A stretch of 64,000 nucleotides of DNA from Acidobacteriota bacterium (GTDB lineage Bacteria > Acidobacteriota > UBA6911), in the NCBI GenBank assembly GCA_963664705.1, contig OY761556.1, positions 3,136,001 to 3,200,000 on the forward strand, given 5' to 3'. Positions 29,201-39,886 of this stretch are shown piece after piece. The number at the start of each line of letters is the position of its first letter. Position 1 is the stretch's first letter. The notes under the pieces were generated by a model. That model saw only the letters and a list, made by a program, of their open reading frames with translations. It was not told the origin of the DNA and made no database searches. Position numbers and translations under genes: made by a program.

Positions 29201-31952
29201 CCTCATCCTCCAGGCTTCAACAAAGGACGAGGCCGGACACGCAGCCATCGCAAACCGGGATATGTGGATTGCCGGAGACAACGATTGGTGGTTTGCGGCT
29301 CGGGACGACGACCGCATGGATCTTCTCCCTGAGAAAAAGCGTTATGAACCGGGGCAGAAGGCCAGATTCCAGGTTCGGATGCCTTTCCGCAAAGCAACCG
29401 CGCTTATCAGCATTGAACGAGAGGGCGTCGGCGAAACGTTTATCAAAGAGCTTTCCGGGAAAGAACCGGTCATCGAAATCCCGGTAAAGGGGAACTACTC
29501 GCCCAATGTATTTGTTTCAGCCCTTGTGGTGCGCGGCAGGGCCAACGATTCGCGGCCTACCTCCATGGTGGATCTTGGCCGGCCTGCATACAAGCTGGGC
29601 ATAGCAGAAATCAACGTGGGCTGGAGCGCGCATGAACTCAAAGTGAAGGTGTCTTCCGATCGTTCTCAATATACGATCCGTGAAAAAGCAAAGGTGCAGG
29701 TTGCCGTAACGACTCCGGATGGCACGCCGCCGCCCAAAGGCTCTGAAGTGGCAATAGCGGCAGTGGATGAGGGGTTACTTGAATTGATGCCTAATGCCAG
29801 TTGGCAATTGCTCGATTCCATGATGGGAAGGCGCAGCTACAACGTTCAAACTTCCACAGCCCAAATGCACGTGATCGGAAAACGCCATTTCGGCCTCAAA
29901 GCATTGCCACCCGGCGGTGGAGGAGGAAGCCAGGCTACGCGGGAATTGTTTGACACCCTGCTGCTATGGAAAGGCCGGGTCCCGCTGAGCGAAAAAGGAA
30001 TTGCCAATGTAGAGGTTCCGCTGAATGACTCCATCACCAGCTTCCGGATCGTGGCGGTCGCGACCGCAGGTGTGGACCGGTTCGGTACTGGCTCAACAAG
30101 CATACGGTCCAACCGGGATCTGATTTTACTCTCTGGCATCGCCCCCCTTGTGCGCCAGGGAGATACCTTCCGTTCGACCTTCACCGTGCGCAATACAACC
30201 GCACGCAGCCTGAATGTCCGAATCACCACGAATATTACCGGGATCAAGGAGTCGTTGAAACCGCACGCAATGGACATCGGATCCGGTGAATCCAAGGAAA
30301 TCTACTGGGATGTAACGGCACCCGCCGGTGTCGATTCGCTCCGCTACCAGATCGAGGCGGTAGCGGACGGAGGTATCAGGGACAGTCTTGCCGTATCCCA
30401 GAAGGTTGTTCCTCCTTTGCCCGTGCATGCGGTCCAGGCTACTTTGACTCAGCTTTCCGGCGACTATCGCATGGATGTCGATCGGCCCAAAGAGGCGCTT
30501 CCAGGTATGGGAGGAATTGATATTTCTCTCAAACCCAGGCTTGTCGATGGACTCACCGGTGTTTCGGATTACATGCGGCTATACCCGTACTCCTGTCTTG
30601 AGCAATTGGTTTCCAAATCGGTTGCCCTGCATGATCTTGCGCTCTGGAAAAGAATCGCAGCGGAACTCCCCGCCTATCTCGATGCGGATGGCTTGCTCAA
30701 GTACTTCCCGTCGATGAACAAAGGCAGCGATGTTCTGACTTCCTATGTCCTGTCCATCGCCCAGGAAGCAGGATTCGAGATTCCCGAAGGAACCAAACAG
30801 CGCCTCGTCGAAGGGTTGCGAGGTTTCGTCGAAGGCCGAATTGTCCGCTACTCTTCTCTTCCCACCGTCGACCTGTCGGTCCGGAAGTTGTCCGCCATCG
30901 CGGCATTGGCGAGAGTTGGACAGATGAATAGCGAACTGCTTTCGTCCATCACCATCGAGCCGAATCTGTGGCCGACATCGGCGCTCATCGACTGGCTGGA
31001 GATTCTCAAACGAGGCCAGTCCATCCGAAATCGCGACGCTCGGCTGCGTGAATCCCAGCAGATACTGCGCTCACGACTCAATTTCCAGGGAACAATCATG
31101 ACCTTCTCTACGGAGAAGACAGATTGTTTGTGGTGGCTTATGATTTCCCCGGATGAGAACTCCGTTCGGATGCTCCTGAATGCCCTGGATCTGTCCGACT
31201 GGAGACAGGACATTCCCAGGCTTGTTCGCGGCACCTTGGGAAGGCAGCACCGGGGGCATTGGGATACAACGGTTGCCAACGCATGGGGAGTGCTGGCGAT
31301 GAATAAGTTCTCGCGGCTATTTGAAAGTACGCCCGTAACAGGATCCAGCACAATCTCGCTTGCCGGAGCCAGCCAAAATCTGAATTGGTCGGAATCTCCT
31401 CAAGGCAAAAACCTGTCGTTTGCATGGCCTGCCCAGAAATCGGAGCTTGCCTTGCATATGGCCGGCACCGGCCAGCCCTGGGCAACCATCCGCAGCCTGG
31501 CCGCAATTCCTCTTAAGCAGCCGGTATCTACAGGATACAAAATCAAAAAGACCATGACGCCTGTTGAGCAAAAAGATCGCAGCAAATGGACACGGGGCGA
31601 CCTTCTGCGCGTGCGTCTCGAGATGGAGGCGCAATCGGACATGACATGGGTTATTGTCGACGATCCGATTCCCGCCGGAGCGGCTATCCTGGGAAGCGGG
31701 CTGGGACGCGATTCACAGCTGTTGACTCGAGGGGAAAAAAGAGAAGGCTGGGTTTGGCCGGCCTTTGAAGAACGATCCTTCGAAGCATTTCGTTCCTATT
31801 TTGAGTTCGTTCCTAAAGGGAATTGGGTTATCGAATACACGTTGCGGTTGAACAATGAAGGAACAATGCATATGCCTCCCACCAGAGTGGAGGCCATGTA
31901 TTCACCCGAAATGTTCGGAGAACTGCCGAATCAAGCCATGCAAATACAATGA
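26229..31952 (+). CDS. Bacterial alpha-2-macroglobulin
   Basis: 1907 aa; DRSLFRAGETVH, VEEYR, AAVDEG, YPYSCLEQ thioester motif, VEAMYSPE; overlaps pbpC. Confidence 0.95.
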   Translation: MLMITRRSWLIVAVVLCSFSLSLLAQQQARIQEFTPQGTVRTIRQVRVRFSEAMVAFGDPHAASSPFSISCDEKGAGRWADSTNWAYDFERDLPAGIRCEFTVRDDLKSLNGNAITGQRRFQLSTGGPAILRTTPYQGSESISDDQIFILELNGPAVESSVLSHVSFTVQGISEKVGIRIVSGPQREEIINSRYPARYYEKRPGNLLLIQSKQRFPARSQVNLVWGAGVASPSGVVTGQDQVIPYKTQVPFIATFHCQRENPQSQCVPVSTMHLSFSAPVSWKTAKNVILKGPAGKVWKAKAQFEEDAEEESKETGDRTVNGVTFQPPFPESAAFTIEIPQGIEDDAGHKLTNTGSFPLKVRTDEYPPLAKFAADFGILELNAEPALPVTLRNIESELSGKIFENTGGADGFDPVVQEPGAQRIISDLKGKVLKIPADKANQMLGWINKVSQRGWDDRDKSVFGAVTAPRTKAFKLPRPQGGKPFEVIGIPLKDPGFYVVEIESGMLGASLLGASKPMYVPTTVLVTNLSVHFKWGAESSLVWVTTLDKAEPVKQAKVEILDCEGKLRAQGTTDASGILRIPSLPTSREVPTCRENRYAREGLLATAQSNNDMAFVHSGWNEGIESWRYNLPTEWRPNLLAVHTILDRSLFRAGETVHMKHLFRKKVLAGFALNPAEPLPKKAVIQHLGTDQKYEFPLKWDAAGISESTWNIPKDAKLGTYQIYFHTGDEAKTNEEEEYDSYGAAPVSGYFRVEEYRVPLTRAIIRPPSEPLVVPATVPVDLTVSYLSGGGASGLPVKFRYDVKPRYISGVEGFEDYLFSNGNVKEGIVRHDLEESETSEPALKSIDLNLDKTGSARTTITGLAPANIPTQILAELEFRDPNGEVQTAASSIPVWPASRMIGIQPDSWMQSKGSLKFKVAVLDLKRKPVANAPVSVLLLQRKSYSHRKRLVGGFYAYENYTETKRIGSVCNGKTDSKGLLICASSQTVSGNLILQASTKDEAGHAAIANRDMWIAGDNDWWFAARDDDRMDLLPEKKRYEPGQKARFQVRMPFRKATALISIEREGVGETFIKELSGKEPVIEIPVKGNYSPNVFVSALVVRGRANDSRPTSMVDLGRPAYKLGIAEINVGWSAHELKVKVSSDRSQYTIREKAKVQVAVTTPDGTPPPKGSEVAIAAVDEGLLELMPNASWQLLDSMMGRRSYNVQTSTAQMHVIGKRHFGLKALPPGGGGGSQATRELFDTLLLWKGRVPLSEKGIANVEVPLNDSITSFRIVAVATAGVDRFGTGSTSIRSNRDLILLSGIAPLVRQGDTFRSTFTVRNTTARSLNVRITTNITGIKESLKPHAMDIGSGESKEIYWDVTAPAGVDSLRYQIEAVADGGIRDSLAVSQKVVPPLPVHAVQATLTQLSGDYRMDVDRPKEALPGMGGIDISLKPRLVDGLTGVSDYMRLYPYSCLEQLVSKSVALHDLALWKRIAAELPAYLDADGLLKYFPSMNKGSDVLTSYVLSIAQEAGFEIPEGTKQRLVEGLRGFVEGRIVRYSSLPTVDLSVRKLSAIAALARVGQMNSELLSSITIEPNLWPTSALIDWLEILKRGQSIRNRDARLRESQQILRSRLNFQGTIMTFSTEKTDCLWWLMISPDENSVRMLLNALDLSDWRQDIPRLVRGTLGRQHRGHWDTTVANAWGVLAMNKFSRLFESTPVTGSSTISLAGASQNLNWSESPQGKNLSFAWPAQKSELALHMAGTGQPWATIRSLAAIPLKQPVSTGYKIKKTMTPVEQKDRSKWTRGDLLRVRLEMEAQSDMTWVIVDDPIPAGAAILGSGLGRDSQLLTRGEKREGWVWPAFEERSFEAFRSYFEFVPKGNWVIEYTLRLNNEGTMHMPPTRVEAMYSPEMFGELPNQAMQIQ

Positions 31953-34120
31953 AAAGGTCAGGCTTCCGACTTCACATCTCAAAGGCGGGGTTCCTCATCC
32001 TGGTTCTTGTGTGCCTTGCGTGGGGAACCCTGGCTTATCTTTTCGCTCTCAGCCCATTGCCGGGGATTCCCTCCTTTGAAAAGGCGAAAGCCGAATATGT
32101 GAAATCGGAAGGAATTCTCCTGGACCGCAACGGCGAGATCATTCATGAATTGCGGATTCATGGGCACGGGCGCCGGTTGAGTTGGACCGCCCTGCGCGAT
32201 ATATCTCCCGCTCTCCAGTCAGCGGTTATTCTTGCCGAAGATCACAGGTTTTATCATCACAGCGGCATCGACTGGATTTCCGCAGGAAAGGCAATTACGG
32301 AGATCGTTCGCTCCGGGCACGGACGAGGCGCGAGCACCATCACAATGCAGTTGGCTGCCTTGCAGGACAACCACCTCAAGCCCAGCCAATCCCATCGTTC
32401 TTTTCTCCAAAAGATCCGCCAGGTGCGTTCCGCGCGCGCCTATGAAAAATCCTGGTCGAAGCAGCAGATACTGGAAGCCTACCTGAACCTGGCTACATTC
32501 CGCGGCGAACTCCAGGGCATCGGGGCTGCATCGAGAGGTTTGTTCTCGAAAGAACCGCAGGGATTGAATGACCTCGAGTCGGTACTTCTGACCGCGCTCC
32601 TGCGCGCTCCTAATGCGGACGCGGCATCGGTGGCGGCAAGAGCCTGTGTACTGGCGAAAGCACTGCGTCTCCCGCTCCAGCCGATGGGAATCCAGGCGGC
32701 CGCTCGAACCACGCTCGAAAAGCCGTACTACGTTCGCCCGCAAATGGCACTGGCTCCCCATATCGCACTCCAGCTCTTCCAGGAGGCACGGGATCACGGT
32801 GAGCTTCCGGCAAGTCTGGCCTGTACTTTGGATGGAACTCTTCAGTCATTCGCCGCTGAATCGCTTCGCAAACATGTCCTCTCCGCCCAATCAAGAAATA
32901 TGCACGACGGCTCGGCCCTTGTTGTGGACAATAGATCCGGAGAGGTTCTGGCTTATGTCGGCAATATTGGCGAGCAATCCAGTGCGCGGTATGTCGACGG
33001 CATTCGAGCCAGGAGACAAGCGGGCTCAACGCTAAAGCCTTTTGTCTATGGACTGGCATTCGATAAGAGAATACTGACGCCGGCCTCGCTGATGGAAGAC
33101 AGCCCGCTGGACATTCCCGCACCCGGAGGCGTGTACAGGCCCCGGAATTACGACAATGAGTTTCACGGCATGGTCACGGCAAGAATAGCCTTGGCCTCCT
33201 CCCTGAACGTGCCTGCCGTTAAAGCACTCAATCTGGTTGGCGTTGATGTTCTCGTCGACAGTTTGCGGCGATTTGGATTTGAGGGCACCCAATCCCCGGA
33301 TTTTTATGGATTGTCTCTCGCGCTGGGATCTGCCGATATTGCCCTGTGGGATCTGGTCAACGCCTATCGTGCCATTGCCAACCGTGGAGTATGGAGCCCG
33401 TTGCGCCTTGTTCCCGGCCAACGCTCCGATATTCAGAGGCGCGTCCTTAGCTCCGAAAGTGCATTCCTGCTTTCCGATATACTATCCGACAGGGAAAGCC
33501 GAAGCCGGACTTTTGATCTGGAAAGCCCTCTGTCGACGCGTTTCTGGACCGCAGTCAAAACAGGGACCAGCAAGGACATGCGCGACAACTGGTGTGTCGG
33601 TTATTCCGATCGTTATACCGTGGGAATTTGGGCGGGCAATTTTTCCGGCGAACCCATGTGGAATGTCAGCGGAATCACCGGGGCTGCACCGGTATGGATT
33701 GAGATCATGAATCAACTGCACAGAGGGCAATTGAGCCGGATGCCGCCTCCGCCCTCCGGCCTCGTAAAAAAGACCGTACATATTGAGGCTATTGCGCAAT
33801 CCAAACAGGAATGGTTCATGCGTGGAACGGAAACGGAATTGGTGCGAGAGGCTTCTGGCAATGCTATCCCCAAAATCGCCTACCCGACATCCGGAACCAT
33901 CATCGCCCTGGACCCGGATATACCGCCGGATGCACAGCAGGTTTTCTTTGAAGCAAAGCCCGATGGAAACGGACTGGAATGGGTACTGGATGGCGAAAAA
34001 CTGGGCGGAGGTGCGGACCTGATTCCATGGCTCCCCAAAAACGGAAGACATCTTTTGAAACTGGTAGACAACCGCGGGAAGGAACTGGATACGGTCCGTT
34101 TTGAAGTTCGCGGCAACTGA
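31949..34120 (+). CDS. pbpC: Penicillin-binding protein 1C
   Basis: EDHRFY, GASTITMQ, GSTLKP, SLN, KTGT; canonical partner of alpha-2-macroglobulin. Confidence 0.95.
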   Translation: MKRSGFRLHISKAGFLILVLVCLAWGTLAYLFALSPLPGIPSFEKAKAEYVKSEGILLDRNGEIIHELRIHGHGRRLSWTALRDISPALQSAVILAEDHRFYHHSGIDWISAGKAITEIVRSGHGRGASTITMQLAALQDNHLKPSQSHRSFLQKIRQVRSARAYEKSWSKQQILEAYLNLATFRGELQGIGAASRGLFSKEPQGLNDLESVLLTALLRAPNADAASVAARACVLAKALRLPLQPMGIQAAARTTLEKPYYVRPQMALAPHIALQLFQEARDHGELPASLACTLDGTLQSFAAESLRKHVLSAQSRNMHDGSALVVDNRSGEVLAYVGNIGEQSSARYVDGIRARRQAGSTLKPFVYGLAFDKRILTPASLMEDSPLDIPAPGGVYRPRNYDNEFHGMVTARIALASSLNVPAVKALNLVGVDVLVDSLRRFGFEGTQSPDFYGLSLALGSADIALWDLVNAYRAIANRGVWSPLRLVPGQRSDIQRRVLSSESAFLLSDILSDRESRSRTFDLESPLSTRFWTAVKTGTSKDMRDNWCVGYSDRYTVGIWAGNFSGEPMWNVSGITGAAPVWIEIMNQLHRGQLSRMPPPPSGLVKKTVHIEAIAQSKQEWFMRGTETELVREASGNAIPKIAYPTSGTIIALDPDIPPDAQQVFFEAKPDGNGLEWVLDGEKLGGGADLIPWLPKNGRHLLKLVDNRGKELDTVRFEVRGN

Positions 34121-34188
34121 AGGGCCCTAACGGAGTTCTGCCGCTCATTGGAATTTTTTGATTGGAAATCCTGAGTCGAGGAAAGCTA

Positions 34189-35043
34189 ATGCACCGTCTC
34201 ACTGCAACAATCGCTGTCCTTCTAATCATGCTTGGAACTGGTTTGCACGCCCAAAGGATAACCCCGGTTGTTCGACAGGTGGATCACGTTCTAGTCGAAT
34301 GCGCGGATCCCGAAAAGACTTTCTCGCTTTTTGCCGATACCTTGCAGCTACCGGTTGCCTGGCCGATGAATCGCAACCAGAACTACATTACCGGAGGAAT
34401 TGGGGCTGGAAGCGTTAATATTGAATTCTTTGCCTACGCCGGTGCGGCGGCCCCCAAAAGTACACGCTATTATGGAATTGCATTTGAGCCCTATCCACTC
34501 GCGGACGCGCTCAGGCGTTTGCAATCCCTTTCGATACAATACGGCAAGCCGGAATCTGTTGTATCAACCCTTCCAAATGGATCCACCGGAGTCGCATGGA
34601 CTACGGTTGCGTTGCCGTCACTCTCGCGGCCGGGCATGTCGATTTTCCTTTACGAATACAGTCCTTCCTTTCTGAAAGTGGATGTGCGCAGGAAACAGAT
34701 GGGAAATCGTCTGACGCTGAATCATGGCGGTCCGCTGGGGCTGCAATCGGTAGACGAGATCATCATTGGCAGCACGGCGCTAAAGAAAGACCAGGAATCC
34801 TGGACCCTGACCGTAGGAAAGCCCACGCCCACGGGTGGCATACGTCCTATCAATGGTCCCACCCTGCGGATTGTGCAAGATGACAAAGATCAAATCAGGG
34901 AATTGGTCTTCAAGGTTGAGTCTCTCGAGCGCGCAAAAGCCTTCCTCACCAAAAGTCAGCTTTTGGGATCCATATCCGGTCGTAGAATTTTCCTGGCCCC
35001 GTCAAAGGTGCAGGGATTGAGAATTTCGCTAACGGATAAATAG
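34189..35043 (+). CDS. Secreted VOC/glyoxalase-like hypothetical protein
   Basis: Signal peptide; VDHVLV, LQLPVAWP, VNIEF, GIAFEP; two beta-alpha-beta-beta-beta-like halves. Confidence 0.65.
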   Translation: MHRLTATIAVLLIMLGTGLHAQRITPVVRQVDHVLVECADPEKTFSLFADTLQLPVAWPMNRNQNYITGGIGAGSVNIEFFAYAGAAAPKSTRYYGIAFEPYPLADALRRLQSLSIQYGKPESVVSTLPNGSTGVAWTTVALPSLSRPGMSIFLYEYSPSFLKVDVRRKQMGNRLTLNHGGPLGLQSVDEIIIGSTALKKDQESWTLTVGKPTPTGGIRPINGPTLRIVQDDKDQIRELVFKVESLERAKAFLTKSQLLGSISGRRIFLAPSKVQGLRISLTDK

Positions 35044-35177
35044 AGGCTATTTTGCGCGCCAGACTGCAGTCATCGGTTGGCAAATATTTCCCTCCTTGCT
35101 GAAACCATGGCGGACGACTACATTTACTAAGGAAGCAGTTCGGGTGATTCGCCTTTCACCGCTGACGGAGATGCGAG

Positions 35178-35549
35178 ATGAGGCCCGACGTGGATTCACG
35201 CGTAATCGACCGGCTCCGGAGGCTGGGGGGAAAAGAACTGCTATCGGAAATGATTGACCTGTTTACATCTCATGCCGAATTGGCAATCCGTGATGCCTCT
35301 TCCGCGTGGGCGCAGCATAATCTCGATGCAATCCGGCGAGCAGCTCATTCGCTGAAATCGAGCGCGGGGAATCTGGGAGCCACTGAGGTTCGGATACTCG
35401 CGGATGAAATAGAACAGTTGGCTGAGCACGGAGCCAACGACTTCCAACCGCTCCTGTCAGATCTCGAAAAAGCATATATCCGGGCAAAGGAACGTCTGGC
35501 GGAAGTGCGCGACAAGGAAACGCAAGGCCTTGAAAATTCTGGTCGTTGA
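35178..35549 (+). CDS. Hpt phosphotransfer protein
   Basis: RAAHSLKSSAGNLGA. Confidence 0.92.
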   Translation: MRPDVDSRVIDRLRRLGGKELLSEMIDLFTSHAELAIRDASSAWAQHNLDAIRRAAHSLKSSAGNLGATEVRILADEIEQLAEHGANDFQPLLSDLEKAYIRAKERLAEVRDKETQGLENSGR

Positions 35550-35931
35550 TGATGATCCGGCAACGCTGCTTGTGGCTTCCATGGCCCTTCAATACTCAGG
35601 CGGCTACGAAGTGCTGTTGGCCAGCAACGGCACTGATGCGATTGAGTGCGCGAAGCAGAACCGGCCGGATGCCATCCTGATGGATATCGTGATGAATGAT
35701 CTGGATGGGCTGGCCGTGTTGCGGCGACTGCACAGCCACACGGAAACGGACTCCATTCCAATCATTTTTCACACCGCCCGAACAAACCCGACCGAAATCA
35801 GCCAGCTATTGTCTTCAGGGGCAAAGGGTGTAATCGGCAAACCGGCAGATCCACTTGAGCTGGGAAATGAAATCAAGCGGATCCTCGCCATAGTGAGGAG
35901 ACCGGAGCCGGAAGACAGGAGTCAGGAATGA
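35530..35931 (+). CDS. Single-domain response regulator
   Basis: ILVVDDD, ILMDIVM, FHTA, GKP; TTG start overlapping the Hpt gene. Confidence 0.9.
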   Translation: MKILVVDDDPATLLVASMALQYSGGYEVLLASNGTDAIECAKQNRPDAILMDIVMNDLDGLAVLRRLHSHTETDSIPIIFHTARTNPTEISQLLSSGAKGVIGKPADPLELGNEIKRILAIVRRPEPEDRSQE

Positions 35932-35968
35932 AAACTGTCTCCTGTCTCCTGTCTCCTATCTCCTTCTC

Positions 35969-38638
35969 CTATTTCGCTAAAACCTGTCGAAGAACATACT
36001 GCAGAATACCGCCGTGTTTGTAGTAATCAACTTCGGCAGGAGTATCAATTCTCAGGATCACAGGCACCGAGTCGGTTTTCCCATTAGCCCTGTGGACAAC
36101 AAGTGTCAGTTCCTGGCGAGGCTTCAAATCGTCCGCAACTCCCAAAACATCGAATACCTCACTGCCGTCTAACCCAAGGGATTGCGCATTGGTTCCATCC
36201 TTGAATTGACAGGGCAGCACGCCCATCCCGACCAGATTGCTTCGATGAATGCGTTCAAAGCTGCGGGCAATCACCGCGCGAACACCCAACAGGAGCGTTC
36301 CTTTGGCGGCCCAATCCCGCGAACTGCCGGTACCGTATTCCTGACCGGCAATGACGACCAGTGGCGTGCCAGCTTCTTTATACAGACATGCCGCGTCGTA
36401 AATGCTCATCCGGTCTCCGCCGGGATAAAAGGCGGTCATCCCGCCTTCGACGCCAGGCACCATCAGGTTTCGAATGCGAACGTTGGCAAAGGTACCGCGA
36501 ACCATGACTTCATGATTTCCCCGACGGGAACCATAGCTGTTGAAGTCCTCCGGCAAGACTCCTTTCTGCTGCAGATAAATGCCGGCAGGAGAAGCTTGTT
36601 TGATCGCACCGGCCGGGCTGATGTGGTCCGTAGTCACGGAATCGCCCAAGATCGCAAGGGGGCGCGCCCCGCGGACTTCGCCAATGGTTCCGGGAAGGAC
36701 TGTGAAGCCATCAAAATAGGGCGGTTCCTGCACATAGGTTGATTCACGGTCCCAGGCATATACATCTCCGGTACTCTCCGGAATGGCGTCCCATAAAGGG
36801 TTGTCCTGTACAAACCCGGCATACAGTCGGCGATAGGTCTCCGGATCAAAAGCAGCGCGCATATGCTCCTGGATCTCCTCCAATGTAGGCCAAAGCTCGC
36901 GCAGATAAACGGCTTCACCGCGGGCATTTGTTCCCAGGGGTTCGCGGTTCAGATCAATATCGACCCGACCCGCCAATGCGAAAGCGACCACCAGCGGAGG
37001 GCTCATCAGAAAGTTTGCCTTCAGTGACTGGTGGACTCTGGCCTCAAAATTCCGGTTTCCGCTAAGAACGCTGGCGAGGACAAGATCCTTCTCCGCTATC
37101 ACGCTTTCAATGGCGGGATCCAGCGGGCCTGAATTGCCGATGCAGGTCATACATCCATAGCCGACCAGACCGAACCCGATTTTGTTCAGGTATTCCTGTA
37201 GACCTGTCTTCTCCAGATATTGGCTGACGGCGCGAGATCCTGGGGCCAGGGACGTTTTTACATAGGATGGAGGTGCGATCCCTTTCTCCACCGCCTTCTT
37301 GGCCAGTATGCCGGCCGCTATCATTACGCTCGGATTGGATGTATTCGTGCAGGAAGTGATCGAAGCGATCGCGACCGACCCATTGCCAAAAACTCCCGTC
37401 CCCGGCATTGAATCTTCAGCCTTTCCATATCCCCCCTCATTCAACGGTTTTGCGAAAATGCGGAGAAGGTCCTCCTTCAAATGGGACACCGGTATGCGAT
37501 CCTGCGGGCGCTTGGGTCCGGCTACGCTGGGTTCGATTTCGGCAAGATCCAGCTCCAGCACTTCGCTGTACTGGATTCGGCTATCATCGCTTGTTCCAAA
37601 CATCCCTTGCGCCTTGAAATAGCCACGCACAGCGTTGACAAGGGTTTCCGGCCTTCCGGTGTCCCTCAAATAAGTGCAGCTTTCCTCATCTACCGGAAAT
37701 AAGCCGGCCGTGGCTCCATACTCCGGAGCCATGTTGCTGATGGTAGCCCGGTCGGGAACAGGCAGCGCGGCAACTCCCGGACCGTAAAACTCCACAATTT
37801 TCCCGACAACCTTTGCCTTGCGCAGCATTTCGGTAACACGAAGGACAAGATCGGTAGCCGTTGCGCCTGGCTGTAACTTGCCACTGATCCGGACACCCAC
37901 CACATCCGGTGTGAGCATATATACCGGCTGCCCAAGCATCCCTGCTTCCGCTTCGATTCCTCCAACGCCCCATCCGAGGACGCCTAGTCCATTGATCATG
38001 GTCGTATGCGAATCCGTGCCGACCAGCGTATCCGGAAAGTAGAGGCCATCCCTCTCATAAACAACTCTGGCAAGATGCTCCAGATTAACCTGGTGGCAGA
38101 TTCCGATCCCCGGAGGAACGACATTGAAACCATTGAATGCCTGTCTGCCCCACTTCAGAAACTGGTACCGGGCATTATTGCGCTGAAATTCCATCTCCAT
38201 GTTGAGCTTCAAGGCATCCGAACGGCCAAAATAATCCACCTGGACGGAGTGGTCTATCACAAGGTCAACGGGAACGAGCGGCTCAATCATGCCGGCCTTT
38301 TTCCCGAGCCGACCCACAGCAGATCGCATGGCAGCCAGATCCACGAGCAACGGAACGCCTGTAAAATCCTGCAGCAATATGCGCGCCACAACGAAAGGTA
38401 TTTCCTCGGTGCGGTCGGCCCGGGGACTCCAGTTGGCGAGTTTTGCAATCTCTGTCTCAGTTATCTTCCCGCCGTCATAGTTGCGCAGCACCGATTCAAG
38501 AAGGATGCGGATGCTAAAGGGCAAGGTGGAAACCGGGCCTACTCCTTTTGCCTCCAGTTGTGGCAGTGAATAAAACTCTCCCGTTCGTTTGCTGTCGATG
38601 CGAAATTCCTGCAGTGTCTGAAATAAGCTGTGTCTCAT
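35969..38638 (-). CDS. acnA: Aconitate hydratase A
   Basis: [59 protein letters not shown]. Confidence 0.97.
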   Translation of the reverse strand: MRHSLFQTLQEFRIDSKRTGEFYSLPQLEAKGVGPVSTLPFSIRILLESVLRNYDGGKITETEIAKLANWSPRADRTEEIPFVVARILLQDFTGVPLLVDLAAMRSAVGRLGKKAGMIEPLVPVDLVIDHSVQVDYFGRSDALKLNMEMEFQRNNARYQFLKWGRQAFNGFNVVPPGIGICHQVNLEHLARVVYERDGLYFPDTLVGTDSHTTMINGLGVLGWGVGGIEAEAGMLGQPVYMLTPDVVGVRISGKLQPGATATDLVLRVTEMLRKAKVVGKIVEFYGPGVAALPVPDRATISNMAPEYGATAGLFPVDEESCTYLRDTGRPETLVNAVRGYFKAQGMFGTSDDSRIQYSEVLELDLAEIEPSVAGPKRPQDRIPVSHLKEDLLRIFAKPLNEGGYGKAEDSMPGTGVFGNGSVAIASITSCTNTSNPSVMIAAGILAKKAVEKGIAPPSYVKTSLAPGSRAVSQYLEKTGLQEYLNKIGFGLVGYGCMTCIGNSGPLDPAIESVIAEKDLVLASVLSGNRNFEARVHQSLKANFLMSPPLVVAFALAGRVDIDLNREPLGTNARGEAVYLRELWPTLEEIQEHMRAAFDPETYRRLYAGFVQDNPLWDAIPESTGDVYAWDRESTYVQEPPYFDGFTVLPGTIGEVRGARPLAILGDSVTTDHISPAGAIKQASPAGIYLQQKGVLPEDFNSYGSRRGNHEVMVRGTFANVRIRNLMVPGVEGGMTAFYPGGDRMSIYDAACLYKEAGTPLVVIAGQEYGTGSSRDWAAKGTLLLGVRAVIARSFERIHRSNLVGMGVLPCQFKDGTNAQSLGLDGSEVFDVLGVADDLKPRQELTLVVHRANGKTDSVPVILRIDTPAEVDYYKHGGILQYVLRQVLAK

Positions 38639-38737
38639 ATCCCACTCCTTAAAGTGATGATACCCCGGCACGATTGCGACTTCGAGACAGTAACCCTCGG
38701 TGCCCGACTTCCTCAGGGCGCGCCGCTGAACCGACCT

Positions 38738-39715
38738 TCAGTTTCCTGCCCGAAAGTTTCTTCGGCTTCGAACGACAGTATCCGGAACCGACACATGGAC
38801 TTCAAGTGTATGGCTGCGGCCGTCGAGTTTTGATTTCTCAGGATAATATCCTAACAGGTACTGCGATCGTAATTCCTCCAGTATCTGTTTGAATGCTTTA
38901 TCGAACTCCGTAACCTCGCTTCGATAAAATCTGCCTGCTGACGCCTCCGAAATGCGGCGGAGGTATTCCGCGGCCTGATCTTCCCGCTGCTGCCACGGAT
39001 CTTTTGTCCCTTCTCTCGGTTTGGACGGTTTTGGTAAACGCACGGAGGATCCGATGATTTCCTTCATCAGTTCGCGGGGGTCTACATGATAGAAAATCGA
39101 GTAGATCATCGTGCCTGAAGCGGCAATACCATCAAGAAGGCCATCCGCCGAGATGGCACTGCCATGATCCTGCCCATCTGACAGCAGCACAATTGCCTTT
39201 CGTCCGGACACGGTCCGGAAGCGTCCCTGAACAGTCTCAATGATGGCATCCCTCATTCGAGTGCCGGATCCGCCAGCCCTGGCCTGCTCGATGGCAGAAC
39301 TCAGTTGCTGTATATCGGAAGTAAAGGGACAGAGAGTATTCACATCCGAATCAAAGCTCAAAATTGCAGCCTGATCCCGGGAACGCATCTGTTGAAGGAA
39401 TTTGGAAGCTGATTTTTTTATCTGATCCAGGACGGTTGTAGTGCTGCGACTGGTATCGAGCAGCAGGACGATTTTAAGCGGATCCTCGGATGTTAAAAAC
39501 AGCGAGACGGGCACCTGAATACCATCTTCGAACAGCTGGAAATCTCCGGATTTCAAATCGGGCACAAATTTCCCTCGCTGGTCATTGATCAGGACCGGGA
39601 CTGTTACAAGCGCGCTCTCCACCTGGATCCTTGGAGAATCGCTTGATACCTGTCCCCGCAGCCCGAACGGCATGAAAAGTAAAACTAGAATCACGGAAAG
39701 AACCGATCTTCTCAT
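38738..39715 (-). CDS. Acidobacterial-type VWA domain protein
   Basis: VESALVTVPV, DTSRS MIDAS, GRKAIVLLSDGQD, ELRSQYLLGY. Confidence 0.9.
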   Translation of the reverse strand: MRRSVLSVILVLLFMPFGLRGQVSSDSPRIQVESALVTVPVLINDQRGKFVPDLKSGDFQLFEDGIQVPVSLFLTSEDPLKIVLLLDTSRSTTTVLDQIKKSASKFLQQMRSRDQAAILSFDSDVNTLCPFTSDIQQLSSAIEQARAGGSGTRMRDAIIETVQGRFRTVSGRKAIVLLSDGQDHGSAISADGLLDGIAASGTMIYSIFYHVDPRELMKEIIGSSVRLPKPSKPREGTKDPWQQREDQAAEYLRRISEASAGRFYRSEVTEFDKAFKQILEELRSQYLLGYYPEKSKLDGRSHTLEVHVSVPDTVVRSRRNFRAGN

Positions 39716-39886
39716 CGGGCAAAAATAACACATTACAGGCGACAATTGCACATTGCTCTATTCACTGGGAGCGCAAACACTGAATCCGGAATCAGAACCA
39801 ATGTCACTTCTCCGGCATATGCCTGCGTGATTCTTCTTTCACTCTATGGGATAATGGAAATTCTTGCTCAAATATGTGTGAAAAAT

